Source of the DNA: a virus
Length of the DNA stretch: 64,000 nt
Strand: one strand, 5' to 3'
Virus record (IMG/VR): IMGVR_UViG_3300020034_000004
Location: 33,490 to 97,489 of that record
Part shown: positions 15,357 to 24,535 of the stretch, piece after piece
How the letters are laid out: every line of letters begins with the position of its first letter
How positions within the stretch are numbered: the stretch's first letter is position 1
Program-made: the position numbers and the translations under genes
The notes under the pieces: model-generated
Told to the model about the DNA's origin: nothing
The model's input: only the letters and a program-made list of their open reading frames with translations
The model's database searches: none

Positions 15357-15790
15357 AGTGGCTAACGTCTTAACGGCTTTCACCGCTCCATCCACTGTTG
15401 TGAGCAACCTACGCTATTGATAAATTTAGAATAAATCATCTACGTTGGCGATTAATCTGCTCTGAACTCACAAGTCACAAAGTAGAATCTGATTCCAAGG
15501 ATTGGCTACCTCGTCGGCTACACGGTACCGTCAGACTATTAACTTTTCTCATCTACTAAGAATAAAGTGAGAGGAAGGGTGCTACCTTCACGCGGGGGGA
15601 GACCTTAGCATGTAAGATTACCCCACGACCATTCGTTTGCCGCTAAGCACAGATTCAACAAGTCGCTAAACTTGCCTCCTAGTCTCACCGCATTAGCCTA
15701 ACTAGGGTACTTCTGCCGAACGTGCATTACGAGCTACGTCTCCGACACTCGCATTTCTGCCACTCTCAGACGAAGGTGCTACCTTCGTCT
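15357..15790 (-). ncRNA. Candidate large (~430 nt) structured ncRNA
   Basis: No minus-strand ORF of 60 aa or more between tRNA-Trp and tRNA-Pro; two GAAGG-UAGCA-CCUUC hairpins; long-range GAGAG/CUCUC and AGUGG/CCACU helices. Confidence 0.55.
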
Positions 15791-15793
15791 TTG

Positions 15794-15864
15794 CACCCGA
15801 CGAGAGATTCGAACTCTCACGCTAGAGTTTTGGAGGCTCTGCGACTCAACCTACGCTGTCGGAT
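15794..15864 (-). tRNA. tRNA-Trp(CCA)
   Basis: AGAGC-CT CCA AA-ACTCT; G73. Confidence 0.85.
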
Positions 15865-15888
15865 ATAGGTCTTTCGACCACATTTACT

Positions 15889-15918
15889 ACTCTATCACAT
15901 CTTCATGCATCATGTCAA
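15889..15918 (-). promoter_or_regulatory. sigma70-type promoter
   Basis: TTGACA-18-TAGAGT with TGn. Confidence 0.65.
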
Positions 15919-16026
15919 GATTCATATCTTCCATAATCTCTTGGTATTCTTCTGTCCATACCCCGGAAATCAGATTCTCACCAAGAACCATTACTACGTC
16001 TATATTAGCATCTGCTGTTGGCATTG

Positions 16027-16335
16027 TCAAGACCCTTCAAGCAAGTCAATCAAATCTGACGTAGAATAATCGTTACCTAATTGTGATTCTAAATTATTTT
16101 TAATGTCTGTTTCATCCATATCACCGGGTACTTCAATTTCATATTCATACCCAGTTGAATTGGACGGAGGGGTGGAATGTTTTCCATTGTGGTTACACTC
16201 GTGGTTGAAGTATACAACGACACGAGCAAATCCGTCAACAACTTCTGTCACTTCAAATTCAGGACGACTCGTATGAGTCGTAGATTTGGCTATGTCAGCC
16301 TTTCTGACATAAGGTGAAAGCGTACCTTTCCACAT
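16027..16335 (-). CDS. Hypothetical protein
   Basis: 102 aa; ATG directly after tRNA-Gln. Confidence 0.65.
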   Translation of the reverse strand: MWKGTLSPYVRKADIAKSTTHTSRPEFEVTEVVDGFARVVVYFNHECNHNGKHSTPPSNSTGYEYEIEVPGDMDETDIKNNLESQLGNDYSTSDLIDLLEGS

Positions 16336-16336
16336 G

Positions 16337-16410
16337 CTGCTCGCCTAGGATTCGAACCTAGAAAACCTTGGGTCAGAGCCAAGTGGGTCTACCAATTCCC
16401 CCAACAAGCA
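16337..16410 (-). tRNA. tRNA-Gln(CTG)
   Basis: CTTGG-CT CTG AC-CCAAG; U1:A72, G73. Confidence 0.9.
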
Positions 16411-16538
16411 AGGAGGTCTCATAACGGTTTTCATATCGTCACCACCCAGCCAAATGGAAGGATGTGCTAATTACACCGATGAAACCAAAGCACGGTGGCC
16501 TGCTGTCTTCCGACCCTGAACCTTTTCCGTACTTTTAT

Positions 16539-16567
16539 ATCTTAGCACATCACTCAAGCGATGTCAA
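16539..16567 (-). promoter_or_regulatory. sigma70-type promoter
   Basis: TTGACA-17-TAAGAT with TGn. Confidence 0.8.
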
Positions 16568-16577
16568 CTTCAATATT

Positions 16578-16859
16578 CTAGATAAACTCCGTATTTTCAG
16601 CTTCTGCCCAAGCAATACTATCTTGATTGTATTGTCTTGCATAAGTAGATAACATGTTCTTCAATATACCGGCTCGGTGCGAGTTAAATTCAACACACCA
16701 ACATGCGTTTTGAAATTCACTACTTGGCTCACTAAGCCAGCACCCATGTATCTCATCTACACCAGTACGCACTAATTGGTCGATTACCTTCCAAAAATTA
16801 GACCACTTCTTCTGTGATAGCTTATCATCACTATTATCAATACTGATATATACAATCAT
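16578..16859 (-). CDS. Hypothetical protein
   Basis: 93 aa; overlapping start/stop with the upstream gene. Confidence 0.7.
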   Translation of the reverse strand: MIVYISIDNSDDKLSQKKWSNFWKVIDQLVRTGVDEIHGCWLSEPSSEFQNACWCVEFNSHRAGILKNMLSTYARQYNQDSIAWAEAENTEFI

Positions 16860-17245
16860 CCTTGGGCCTTATGTTTAAAAGCTTTGATTGGATATTCTTC
16901 AACAGGTGTAAATACATACCGGTCAATCCAGGATTCCTCATTGACCCAATCTTGGTCAAAATATTCATCACCATTGGACTCAATATAAGAATCACCATTC
17001 TTTGAGATGTCATCCCACCAGGAATATCCAAATAATTTACCGTCACTCTTACGCTTGATGATAGTAATCATATTTAAGCCTTGGTAGAAAGCATCATTTT
17101 CTAGAAAATGACCAACATATTCATATTTTCTACCATCGCGGTCTGTGCGGTCTTCACCTTCATAAACCGCAAGATATGATGTATTTTCTTCTTCTTCATA
17201 AGGTTTAAATTCGAATACCGGCCAATCTGGGTCTAATTTACTCAC
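16856..17245 (-). CDS. Hypothetical acidic protein
   Basis: 129 aa; translationally coupled. Confidence 0.7.
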   Translation of the reverse strand: MSKLDPDWPVFEFKPYEEEENTSYLAVYEGEDRTDRDGRKYEYVGHFLENDAFYQGLNMITIIKRKSDGKLFGYSWWDDISKNGDSYIESNGDEYFDQDWVNEESWIDRYVFTPVEEYPIKAFKHKAQG

Positions 17246-17865
17246 TTGAAATCCCTTCTTTTTATTTTGGTTATAATACGTTCGCCTTTACGATTAAATA
17301 GTTGTACCTCTGAACGAGCTACAATACCTTCAGCCTCAAAGTTACCCCATTCGGACTTTAGGCCGGATTCAACGATATCAATTGCGTCATACAATGTACC
17401 GCGACCAATCTGCGGTACATAATCAATATCTAACTTATTAGCAATGTCTTCAACATTATTACGCTCAAGCCACCATTCATCAATTCTGACATCAAATAGA
17501 ACAAAAGCTTGGTCTTCTCTATAGACACCACCTTTTTGAATACCCGGACCATACCCCTCGCCATAAAGTGTTAGAGCCGGGAGTTCGGCCTCGTAGAAAT
17601 TCTCTGGCTGAAACTTTTCCTGCAAATGCTTTAGAAGTTTAGTTGGTATCAAGGCATTACCCGTGCGCCCACCAAATTCAACACCAAGGCCAAGACCAGC
17701 AAAATCAACACGAATATTAGTACCGTCTACTTTTTCAGTGAACTCCCATTGATTGAGTGCTAAATATTCTAGCTCAGGAGTAGTCCAGTTACCACGAATC
17801 ATTGGCTTATTTGGTGCGTCTAAGTCACGCTTAAAAATACTATTTATCTTATGATACTCTTCCAT
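17242..17865 (-). CDS. RNA ligase (Rnl2-like adenylation domain)
   Basis: Motif I EKVDGTN, YGEGYG, FVLFD, EGIV, TKIK. Confidence 0.9.
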   Translation of the reverse strand: MEEYHKINSIFKRDLDAPNKPMIRGNWTTPELEYLALNQWEFTEKVDGTNIRVDFAGLGLGVEFGGRTGNALIPTKLLKHLQEKFQPENFYEAELPALTLYGEGYGPGIQKGGVYREDQAFVLFDVRIDEWWLERNNVEDIANKLDIDYVPQIGRGTLYDAIDIVESGLKSEWGNFEAEGIVARSEVQLFNRKGERIITKIKRRDFK

Positions 17866-18130
17866 CTGTACCGGCTCCCTTCTCAAATCTCTTATCTCTA
17901 TATGGGTTGCCCATATACCACCAAGTGTATGTTTTACGCTTGGTAATTAACTTTAAATATCCTACATCATTGATATGTCGAGTTGGCTTCGAACAATAGC
18001 GTCCATCATAACCTTCACCGAAGTCTTCATCTCGCCCTCTGCACTTATAGAATGTTGGAAAGTGTCCATACATTCCACTTGTGCGCACCCATGGTCTTTT
18101 GGTTTTATCGTATCTCGAAAACAGTGACAT
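17849..18130 (-). CDS. Hypothetical protein
   Basis: 93 aa in a coupled run. Confidence 0.55.
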   Translation of the reverse strand: MSLFSRYDKTKRPWVRTSGMYGHFPTFYKCRGRDEDFGEGYDGRYCSKPTRHINDVGYLKLITKRKTYTWWYMGNPYRDKRFEKGAGTDGRVS

Positions 18131-18307
18131 TACTTACCCCAGATTCTTGTTTTGGTTGTTATACCCCAAACAGAATAGCTGATACCCGCCTTCTTTTCAA
18201 AATCATCTCTATTGAAATTAAGTGCTCTTGCCATTAATTTCGCAGACCATAACCATTTGGCGGTATAGATAGGAATGTTTTCCTTACCCATCTGTTCCTC
18301 TACTATT

Positions 18308-18577
18308 TCAAACATCGAATAACTCCAATTGTCCAAGCACTTGTGATGGGGTTGAGTCACCTTGTCTATACTTAGTACAAACTATTCCATCATTACCAAC
18401 ATCTTCTAATTCCTCTACCGGCATTTCTGTGACGATAGAACCAGCAATTTCATGAAACATTGGCATCTCCGGGTCATCATTTCTAAATACACAATCAAAG
18501 CATTGACCGGCCTCAATGAATTCAATTACTTCGTGAGCATATTGAAATCTGTGGTTTCTATGTGCAGTATATGTCAT
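18308..18577 (-). CDS. Hypothetical Cys-containing protein
   Basis: CFDC...C; coupled to the upstream gene. Confidence 0.55.
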   Translation of the reverse strand: MTYTAHRNHRFQYAHEVIEFIEAGQCFDCVFRNDDPEMPMFHEIAGSIVTEMPVEELEDVGNDGIVCTKYRQGDSTPSQVLGQLELFDV

Positions 18578-18909
18578 TGAATTACCCACTCACCATCTAT
18601 TAGATACTCTACTCTTAGCTTAGGTGGAATCATTTCTTGTTCTACCGCGACTTGGACCAAAGTGTCTTGATTCGACATTTGATTTACCCATAGCTTAAAC
18701 TTCACAGAAGTAGCCATTTTCTTCCAAGCCTTCTTCTTATTCTGAAGTTGACTTCTTTCTTCACGGCTCTCACCTACTGCACCAGATGGTGGGTGAATGA
18801 TTCTAACTCCAGTGTCGCGTTTATCTTGATTTTGTCCACCTTTACCACCTGAACGAAAGGTCTGAACTTCACAGTCATGAACTGTGACTGTCAGTATTTT
18901 CTTCCTCAT
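18574..18909 (-). CDS. Peptide chain release factor-like GGQ domain protein (ArfB/PrfH-like)
   Basis: FRSGGKGGQNQDKRDTGVRIIH...ERSQLQNK. Confidence 0.9.
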   Translation of the reverse strand: MRKKILTVTVHDCEVQTFRSGGKGGQNQDKRDTGVRIIHPPSGAVGESREERSQLQNKKKAWKKMATSVKFKLWVNQMSNQDTLVQVAVEQEMIPPKLRVEYLIDGEWVIQ

Positions 18910-19283
18910 TTACGCTTCCTCGGTTTTCTGGGTACCGACCGATTCATGACGACCTCTTGCCGGAAACCTGCGGGGGTAGTCGGAATTGGAACTATACGTG
19001 AACAACCGCAAGTATTGTATGAGCCACCTGACTGCAAAAATTGCTTGACCGCGTGCCATCCAGCATCATCTCTTTTCCGTGGTGCCTTGAAATCGAATCC
19101 AACCATGATTAACTTTTCTCTATCAATTGGACAACGTGGCTCAATCCAATCTTGAAATTGAGCCACGTGCCTATGTTCAATACAGATAAACGTTGCTTTA
19201 TAGTTATTCATTAATGAGGAGTTGCGACACATGATTCCTCCTAAATTGACATACCGACCAAGCGTAACAACGTGCATGACCAC
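18906..19283 (-). CDS. Hypothetical zinc-binding protein (true start probably internal)
   Basis: CIEH...CPID...GFDFKAPRKRDD..W. Confidence 0.55.
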   Translation of the reverse strand: MVMHVVTLGRYVNLGGIMCRNSSLMNNYKATFICIEHRHVAQFQDWIEPRCPIDREKLIMVGFDFKAPRKRDDAGWHAVKQFLQSGGSYNTCGCSRIVPIPTTPAGFRQEVVMNRSVPRKPRKRK

Positions 19284-19450
19284 AGAGACTATGCTTTAGA
19301 GATTCTTGAATTCTTTGAAATTTTGGATGTTTTCTAATAACCATCTCATTCTCTCCAGTGTACTATTTTTCTTTTTGTATATTTATATAATAAAGAGCAC
19401 GACGGTACTTATCACATTCTTTATATGTATTTTAATCCGTCGTGTCTACC

Positions 19451-20056
19451 TTAGTCTGTATCTCCACCTTCGCCGCCCAATAGGATTGTCTCGATAGCTG
19501 GCCGCATAGGAACCACACCAGAACCACAAGCCCAGCACCAAAAGGTGCCGTCGTGCAAACAATCCTTGCTTGCAACCTTTGCCCAACGAGGCCATCTTAA
19601 TGGCTGAGGGCCGCTACCACATGCAGCACAAATTTCGTCAGGCCCCAAATCCCTACCAGCAGTACAAGCGGTGCAAATCTCTGGTCGCTGTGCTCTGGTG
19701 TCACGACGGTATCTAAAAGTTCTAACTGACTTAGCTGGAAGCGTACCATCTTCATTTGGAATCAAGTTGCCTTTAGCTGCATTACACTTTTTATGAAAAA
19801 GCCTAAGATTATTCAAATCCCAAACTTGTTCATATGTCCAACCAGCTTCATATGCCTTGGATTGTGGATAGTGATGGTCTTCAGTAACTTCCCATGGACC
19901 CTGCTTAATATCGAAGTCCAATAATTTACCACAGTCAGGATGCATACAATTATCACCATCACGAGCACGCATAACGGCAATACGCTCACCACGGGCTAGC
20001 CTATTACACTCTAGTTGATTAGACTCTAGTTCGCTAAGCTTTCTAGTTAATGTCAT
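19451..20056 (-). CDS. HNH endonuclease, terminase-adjacent
   Basis: RDGDNC...C...DHHYP...NLRLFHKKCN; AAAGGAG RBS before MTLTRK. Confidence 0.8.
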   Translation of the reverse strand: MTLTRKLSELESNQLECNRLARGERIAVMRARDGDNCMHPDCGKLLDFDIKQGPWEVTEDHHYPQSKAYEAGWTYEQVWDLNNLRLFHKKCNAAKGNLIPNEDGTLPAKSVRTFRYRRDTRAQRPEICTACTAGRDLGPDEICAACGSGPQPLRWPRWAKVASKDCLHDGTFWCWACGSGVVPMRPAIETILLGGEGGDTD

Positions 20057-20087
20057 GTACTTCTCCTTTCTGTAATTTACTGACACT

Positions 20088-20116
20088 ATCTTACCATACC
20101 GGCCAGTCTCAGTCAA
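20088..20116 (-). promoter_or_regulatory. sigma70-type promoter
   Basis: TTGACT-17-TAAGAT with TGn. Confidence 0.75.
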
Positions 20117-20119
20117 GAC

Positions 20120-23100
20120 TCAGATAATAGTTGCTCGTTGTAGGTAATCAGCTAATTCAGAAGGCATTTTACGTTTAGGAGGAGTAATTACTTTGCCTGG
20201 TCTTTGCTGCTCAACCTTTTCAGCCTCTTCTTGACGCATCTTACGTCTCAAGTCTGCATACGTCAAAACTTCAACTTCCATGTTCACTGGCTTAGGAGTC
20301 AACGACACAGCGTTGAAGATGGCACCACACACTGCATCGGATAAATCCTTGCTGTTGTGAACAAACACCCCGCCTGAAATGGCAAAGTTCTCATATTCCT
20401 CAACCTCAAGGTCATAAACAGGAACATCAATCGCCAAATGAACCGGAACTACTGTGCGAATTTTGTGATTGTCACCAGCTTGAGAATTGATTGGCATCAA
20501 CCTATCAATTCCCGGTCTCAAATCCTTGGCATCTTTGTACTCTCCATTTCTAAGCATCCATCGGTGGTCAGGCGTACAACGAGTAACAGAACCGTTGTCC
20601 AGAATTACATCAACAAATTCATTAGTGTATTTACTTAGACGCCCTCGCGCCCTGCCTGGAACAATTCTTCCATCAGGGGTTGAGGAGTAAACCCACACCT
20701 CAGAACCGGCTAACTCTGAAATCATTGGCCTTGTTCCATCTAATAGAGGAATTCTAGTCTCTCCTACGAAACATCCTTTTCGAGGGTGGTCAACTTTTTT
20801 CTTAACAAGCTTAAGCTGTCCAAGTTCATCAACAAGTAGCTGGACCTTCGGTCCAGCTAGGCGATGGTCATACATAACAGACAAGAAGTCGTCATAATGC
20901 TTTAATGCTACTGACAAAACATCTGTTTTGATACCGTGCTCATTTTCTAGAATATTCATAGTGTCGTGACTATTATGGGTCACAAATCCGTCAGCAATAA
21001 ACTCTTCGTATTCTGGCACGCTAATGTCGAAAGTTTGTTCGTTTCCAATGGACTGGATATTTTTGATTTTCACCCACATTTGACCATTGTCAAAGACCCA
21101 TCTTTCTTTGTATTCTCGACTCTCCACAAGACTCAATGTGTTCTTTCTATCAATAGAGGGCTTGATAATGGCTAGAACCCTTTCCGCTTTTTTACCTTCG
21201 AAAGTCAATCTGTGAACCTCTCTTTCGGGAGAGTGACGCTTCTGACGCAACCTCGTTGGTTCTAGTTCAAGCGATAGAGAAATCCATACCAACTCCTTGA
21301 CAAGTTCTTCACTTATAGTATCAACAGTCAGGCGGTACCGCGTCTGACCTGACTTATCAATATAAGTCTGGATACCACCATCTCCATCAATATACCCGGC
21401 CATAAAGGCCGCACGGATTGAGGCTGAACCATTCAGTACAGAATGAGGTACTGTTTTATTTGCAGACTTGGCTGGAGTCAGCCCAGCGATTCTCATTCTT
21501 TCAATCATGTCTTTGTCCCAATAAGTGTAAGAGTAAGTGTCAACCTTTGAGCCAACGGTCTTGTCTTGAATCTTTCGTTGTACCGTATTCTTGAATCCCC
21601 ACCCATCAACCATTGCATCATGCATTCTGATTCGGAACTGCTCATCAGCAGTGGTAAAGTTGATTTGCTGATTTTTCCTATCATTAATCCAGCCGTCTGC
21701 AATCAAGCCACCCAAAGCATAAGCTTGGCTCTCGGTAATGGTGTCTACCCCGGACCACTCGTGAGTATTGTCAAGGAGCATTTCGTCTTCAATTGTCAGT
21801 TCTCCCATAGTTACCCAGCCCCTCTTCGTTAACACTCTATGATTTACCGTTGCCTCAAACTCATACCCCAACCTCGTAGTTACCCTGAATACCTCCTGAA
21901 TACCGGAATCTATTTTGGCTTCTACCTTTGCTATTCCATGTCTGGTACTTACTTCATCACCAACCTGAATATCCCTCATTCTTACCGGGCCGGACGGTGT
22001 GGACACAATAGCATTACCCTTTACGCAGTTCCATCGGTCGAAGGTAGTTAATTTAATATCGAAACCTCGCCTACGAAGAGCAATGATGTAGTCTCTAACG
22101 TCAGCAAAGTCAACAGATTTAGATTTAGTAGGTGTCCACCATCTAACTGCGTCTACGACTACGAACGGATGAATTTCTTTATAGAAATCTGAACCGATAC
22201 TAATCTCTACCCACTTTTCCACGTGAGCAATAGCTACAGCACAATGGTCATGCTTTTGTGCAAGGTCAACGTGAATAAAATATCTCACGCCTTCTTTTGG
22301 CTGAAACTTATCCAAGAAGATTCCATCTTCGTCTACACCATTTTGTAAAATGAATGCATCTTCGATTGCTTGCTTGTTCTTAAAGAATCCGTCAGACAAG
22401 TTGGATGGCATACACGCAAAACGACCCAATGCGTCTCCAGGGTCATCTGCGAAGTCTCTTGTATAGTCTTGAATCTTTCTATTTGGATTAACTTCCCAAG
22501 ACGGACGACGCAGGGCAAATGTCTTACGATGACTGTATCTAAGGATATGGTCTTCTTCCCAAGATACATCAACATAATTACCTTCGATTTCTCCAAGGTC
22601 AGGGTCTAGGTAAAGACGCTCTGTCCTAGTAATAACTTCTTTCTCAGCAATTTGTGCGTTGTAACGCTGCTGAATAAAGTCATCCTTGTAACGAGGGAAT
22701 GAAAGCAATACTAGTTTACCAAAATCAGGGAACCTAGATGTAATCGAACCCCTATACATCTTATAAATACCTGGGGCTGTCTTTTTCATTGCTTCTTCGT
22801 CATCGGTCATGCCTTCGCTTGGCATGGCAAATCCAGAAATCTCGTCCAAGATAACAACTAATGTGTTATATCCTTCGAACGCCTCTCGTTCAGAGTGACC
22901 AGAATAAACGGTTACGTTCTTATCGAATTCGATATAATTTGCCTTGGGGTCATATTTACCAGCGAACCATGGACAATTCTCAATCTTAGTCTTAAAGTTC
23001 TTAAAGAAAACTCGGAACGCCTGGTCGGCGTTAATAGCAATATTCAAAATGTCAATAGTGTCTCCGGTCTCATTTCCATAATATCGAGCCGGGTCTTTAA

Positions 23101-24535
23101 GGCAAAGCAATAGATAAACAATATACGCCACAGCGATGGTAGAGGTGAAGTCTTTACCAGAGTTATTTGTAATAATACCACCAGCATTCAGGACACCCTC
23201 AACGGCCACAGTTGTACACACCGTGTTCTCTTCAAAGCCTATATATTCCACACTTTCAATTCTATCAAAACGGTTATTTGGATACATTCCTTTAACATCA
23301 ATATTTAGAAGACGTTCAACTTTATCATTCTTGCCGGGAATATCCTTGATATTCTTTATAAGAAATTTAGCAATGGATGTGTCAGTAATACAAACCCTAT
23401 AGTTTGCATTATGTTTACCATCACTACGTTCTTGTCTATGTTTCTTAAATTTACTAATATATCCAGTTTTAAGCAATGCAAGATGTATGCCTTTAATGCA
23501 TGACTCGGAAGTCATTTCAATACCAATTTGAGCTTGAGTTAATTTTGTTGTGCCATTTCCTATTTTCTTACCCGGAGCAGTGAATGAAATCCAGCCATCA
23601 GTAGCAATAACACCTTTAATTAATTCATGCATATTATCGTTAGTCATAGATAGCCATTGGTCATTCCATTGCTTTTGAATATTATATTCTTGAATTAAAC
23701 CATGCTTTATAAACCATGACATCATGGCATTGATTCTGATTTGCCAGCATCCTTTACCAGAGGTTAGATACGCAACATTACCTCCCAATGATTCTACAAT
23801 TCTGACTATATCAGATTGCACTTCAGGAGTATTATTTGTAAACATTGGATTTTTATACCCTGATTTTCCCCTTTTAGCCCAGCTACCGTCTCCAATCATA
23901 TATCCAATTAATCGTGCCTCATCAGAAGTTATCTCGTATGGAGTTTCTTGCTCACTCCAACCGACCTTAAGTTCAATCAAGTCTCCCTTTTCTAATTGAG
24001 TAGCAGCAACATCTTGTGACTGCTTCTTAAGAGAATATGCCTTAGTGTGTTTTGTATTTTTCCATGTCGGAGTTTTATGATTTGGCCCACAATCAAAAGA
24101 ATATCCATGTTTTGTTGTAACTCGATAAATCTCATCTGCCCCTTCATCAAAAAAGGGATAGGCAGGCTGGACCTCATCACGAGAGTCACACATCCAACCA
24201 TCTTTACCCAAAGCATAAGAATCTACATAACCCTTATCAACTGAGTAGAATTTTTGTTTTGGAGAAAAATTTCCCTTGCCTAACTGCATAACAACTTCGT
24301 TGCATGTTTGCTTAAATCGCTTATGACCTTCCTCTTCACCATACAGAGATACCAAGGTGTCTTCTCTATAGATTTGAGACATAGCCTTTACCAGAGAGTA
24401 CTGATGCTTAGATAGTCTTCTAATATTAAGGAATCTATCAGAGGTTACAAATTCTTCAATATCTACCGGCACCTCATCCCATTCATCCTCTGACAAAGCA
24501 TTAAAAAAGTCTAGAAACTCAGTCATTGTATACAA
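20120..24535 (-). CDS. terL: Terminase large subunit containing three inteins (extein about 609 aa)
   Basis: Walker A GKG|SGK split by an intein; Walker B VILDE; nuclease HVDLA, TFDRWN|S, DHPRKG|SKD..DA. Confidence 0.92.
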   Translation of the reverse strand: MYTMTEFLDFFNALSEDEWDEVPVDIEEFVTSDRFLNIRRLSKHQYSLVKAMSQIYREDTLVSLYGEEEGHKRFKQTCNEVVMQLGKGNFSPKQKFYSVDKGYVDSYALGKDGWMCDSRDEVQPAYPFFDEGADEIYRVTTKHGYSFDCGPNHKTPTWKNTKHTKAYSLKKQSQDVAATQLEKGDLIELKVGWSEQETPYEITSDEARLIGYMIGDGSWAKRGKSGYKNPMFTNNTPEVQSDIVRIVESLGGNVAYLTSGKGCWQIRINAMMSWFIKHGLIQEYNIQKQWNDQWLSMTNDNMHELIKGVIATDGWISFTAPGKKIGNGTTKLTQAQIGIEMTSESCIKGIHLALLKTGYISKFKKHRQERSDGKHNANYRVCITDTSIAKFLIKNIKDIPGKNDKVERLLNIDVKGMYPNNRFDRIESVEYIGFEENTVCTTVAVEGVLNAGGIITNNSGKDFTSTIAVAYIVYLLLCLKDPARYYGNETGDTIDILNIAINADQAFRVFFKNFKTKIENCPWFAGKYDPKANYIEFDKNVTVYSGHSEREAFEGYNTLVVILDEISGFAMPSEGMTDDEEAMKKTAPGIYKMYRGSITSRFPDFGKLVLLSFPRYKDDFIQQRYNAQIAEKEVITRTERLYLDPDLGEIEGNYVDVSWEEDHILRYSHRKTFALRRPSWEVNPNRKIQDYTRDFADDPGDALGRFACMPSNLSDGFFKNKQAIEDAFILQNGVDEDGIFLDKFQPKEGVRYFIHVDLAQKHDHCAVAIAHVEKWVEISIGSDFYKEIHPFVVVDAVRWWTPTKSKSVDFADVRDYIIALRRRGFDIKLTTFDRWNCVKGNAIVSTPSGPVRMRDIQVGDEVSTRHGIAKVEAKIDSGIQEVFRVTTRLGYEFEATVNHRVLTKRGWVTMGELTIEDEMLLDNTHEWSGVDTITESQAYALGGLIADGWINDRKNQQINFTTADEQFRIRMHDAMVDGWGFKNTVQRKIQDKTVGSKVDTYSYTYWDKDMIERMRIAGLTPAKSANKTVPHSVLNGSASIRAAFMAGYIDGDGGIQTYIDKSGQTRYRLTVDTISEELVKELVWISLSLELEPTRLRQKRHSPEREVHRLTFEGKKAERVLAIIKPSIDRKNTLSLVESREYKERWVFDNGQMWVKIKNIQSIGNEQTFDISVPEYEEFIADGFVTHNSHDTMNILENEHGIKTDVLSVALKHYDDFLSVMYDHRLAGPKVQLLVDELGQLKLVKKKVDHPRKGCFVGETRIPLLDGTRPMISELAGSEVWVYSSTPDGRIVPGRARGRLSKYTNEFVDVILDNGSVTRCTPDHRWMLRNGEYKDAKDLRPGIDRLMPINSQAGDNHKIRTVVPVHLAIDVPVYDLEVEEYENFAISGGVFVHNSKDLSDAVCGAIFNAVSLTPKPVNMEVEVLTYADLRRKMRQEEAEKVEQQRPGKVITPPKRKMPSELADYLQRATII
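20354..20773 (-). mobile_element. TerL intein 3, mini-intein (140 aa)
   Basis: CFVGET...TPDHRW...VYDLEV...VHN|S; no endonuclease motifs. Confidence 0.9.
20972..22027 (-). mobile_element. TerL intein 2 with LAGLIDADG endonuclease (352 aa)
   Basis: CVKGN...TVNHRV...LGGLIADG...MAGYIDGDG...TFDISV...THN|S. Confidence 0.92.
23162..24271 (-). mobile_element. TerL intein 1, class 3-like with LAGLIDADG endonuclease (370 aa)
   Basis: Starts with Asn (NFSPK); block B NHKTPTW; block F VCTTV; ends ITNN|S; IGYMIGDG and IKGVIATDG motifs. Confidence 0.85.

Noticed and set aside
157-15420. ORF-track entries overlapping RNA genes (157..345, 2202..2432, 4014..4238, 4782..5021, 4952..5323, 5835..6026, 9523..9837, 9655..9885, 14063..14266, 15013..15420)
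   Set aside because: They are translations of tRNA, tmRNA or Y RNA sequence (e.g. GFEP from the T-loop) and lack an RBS.
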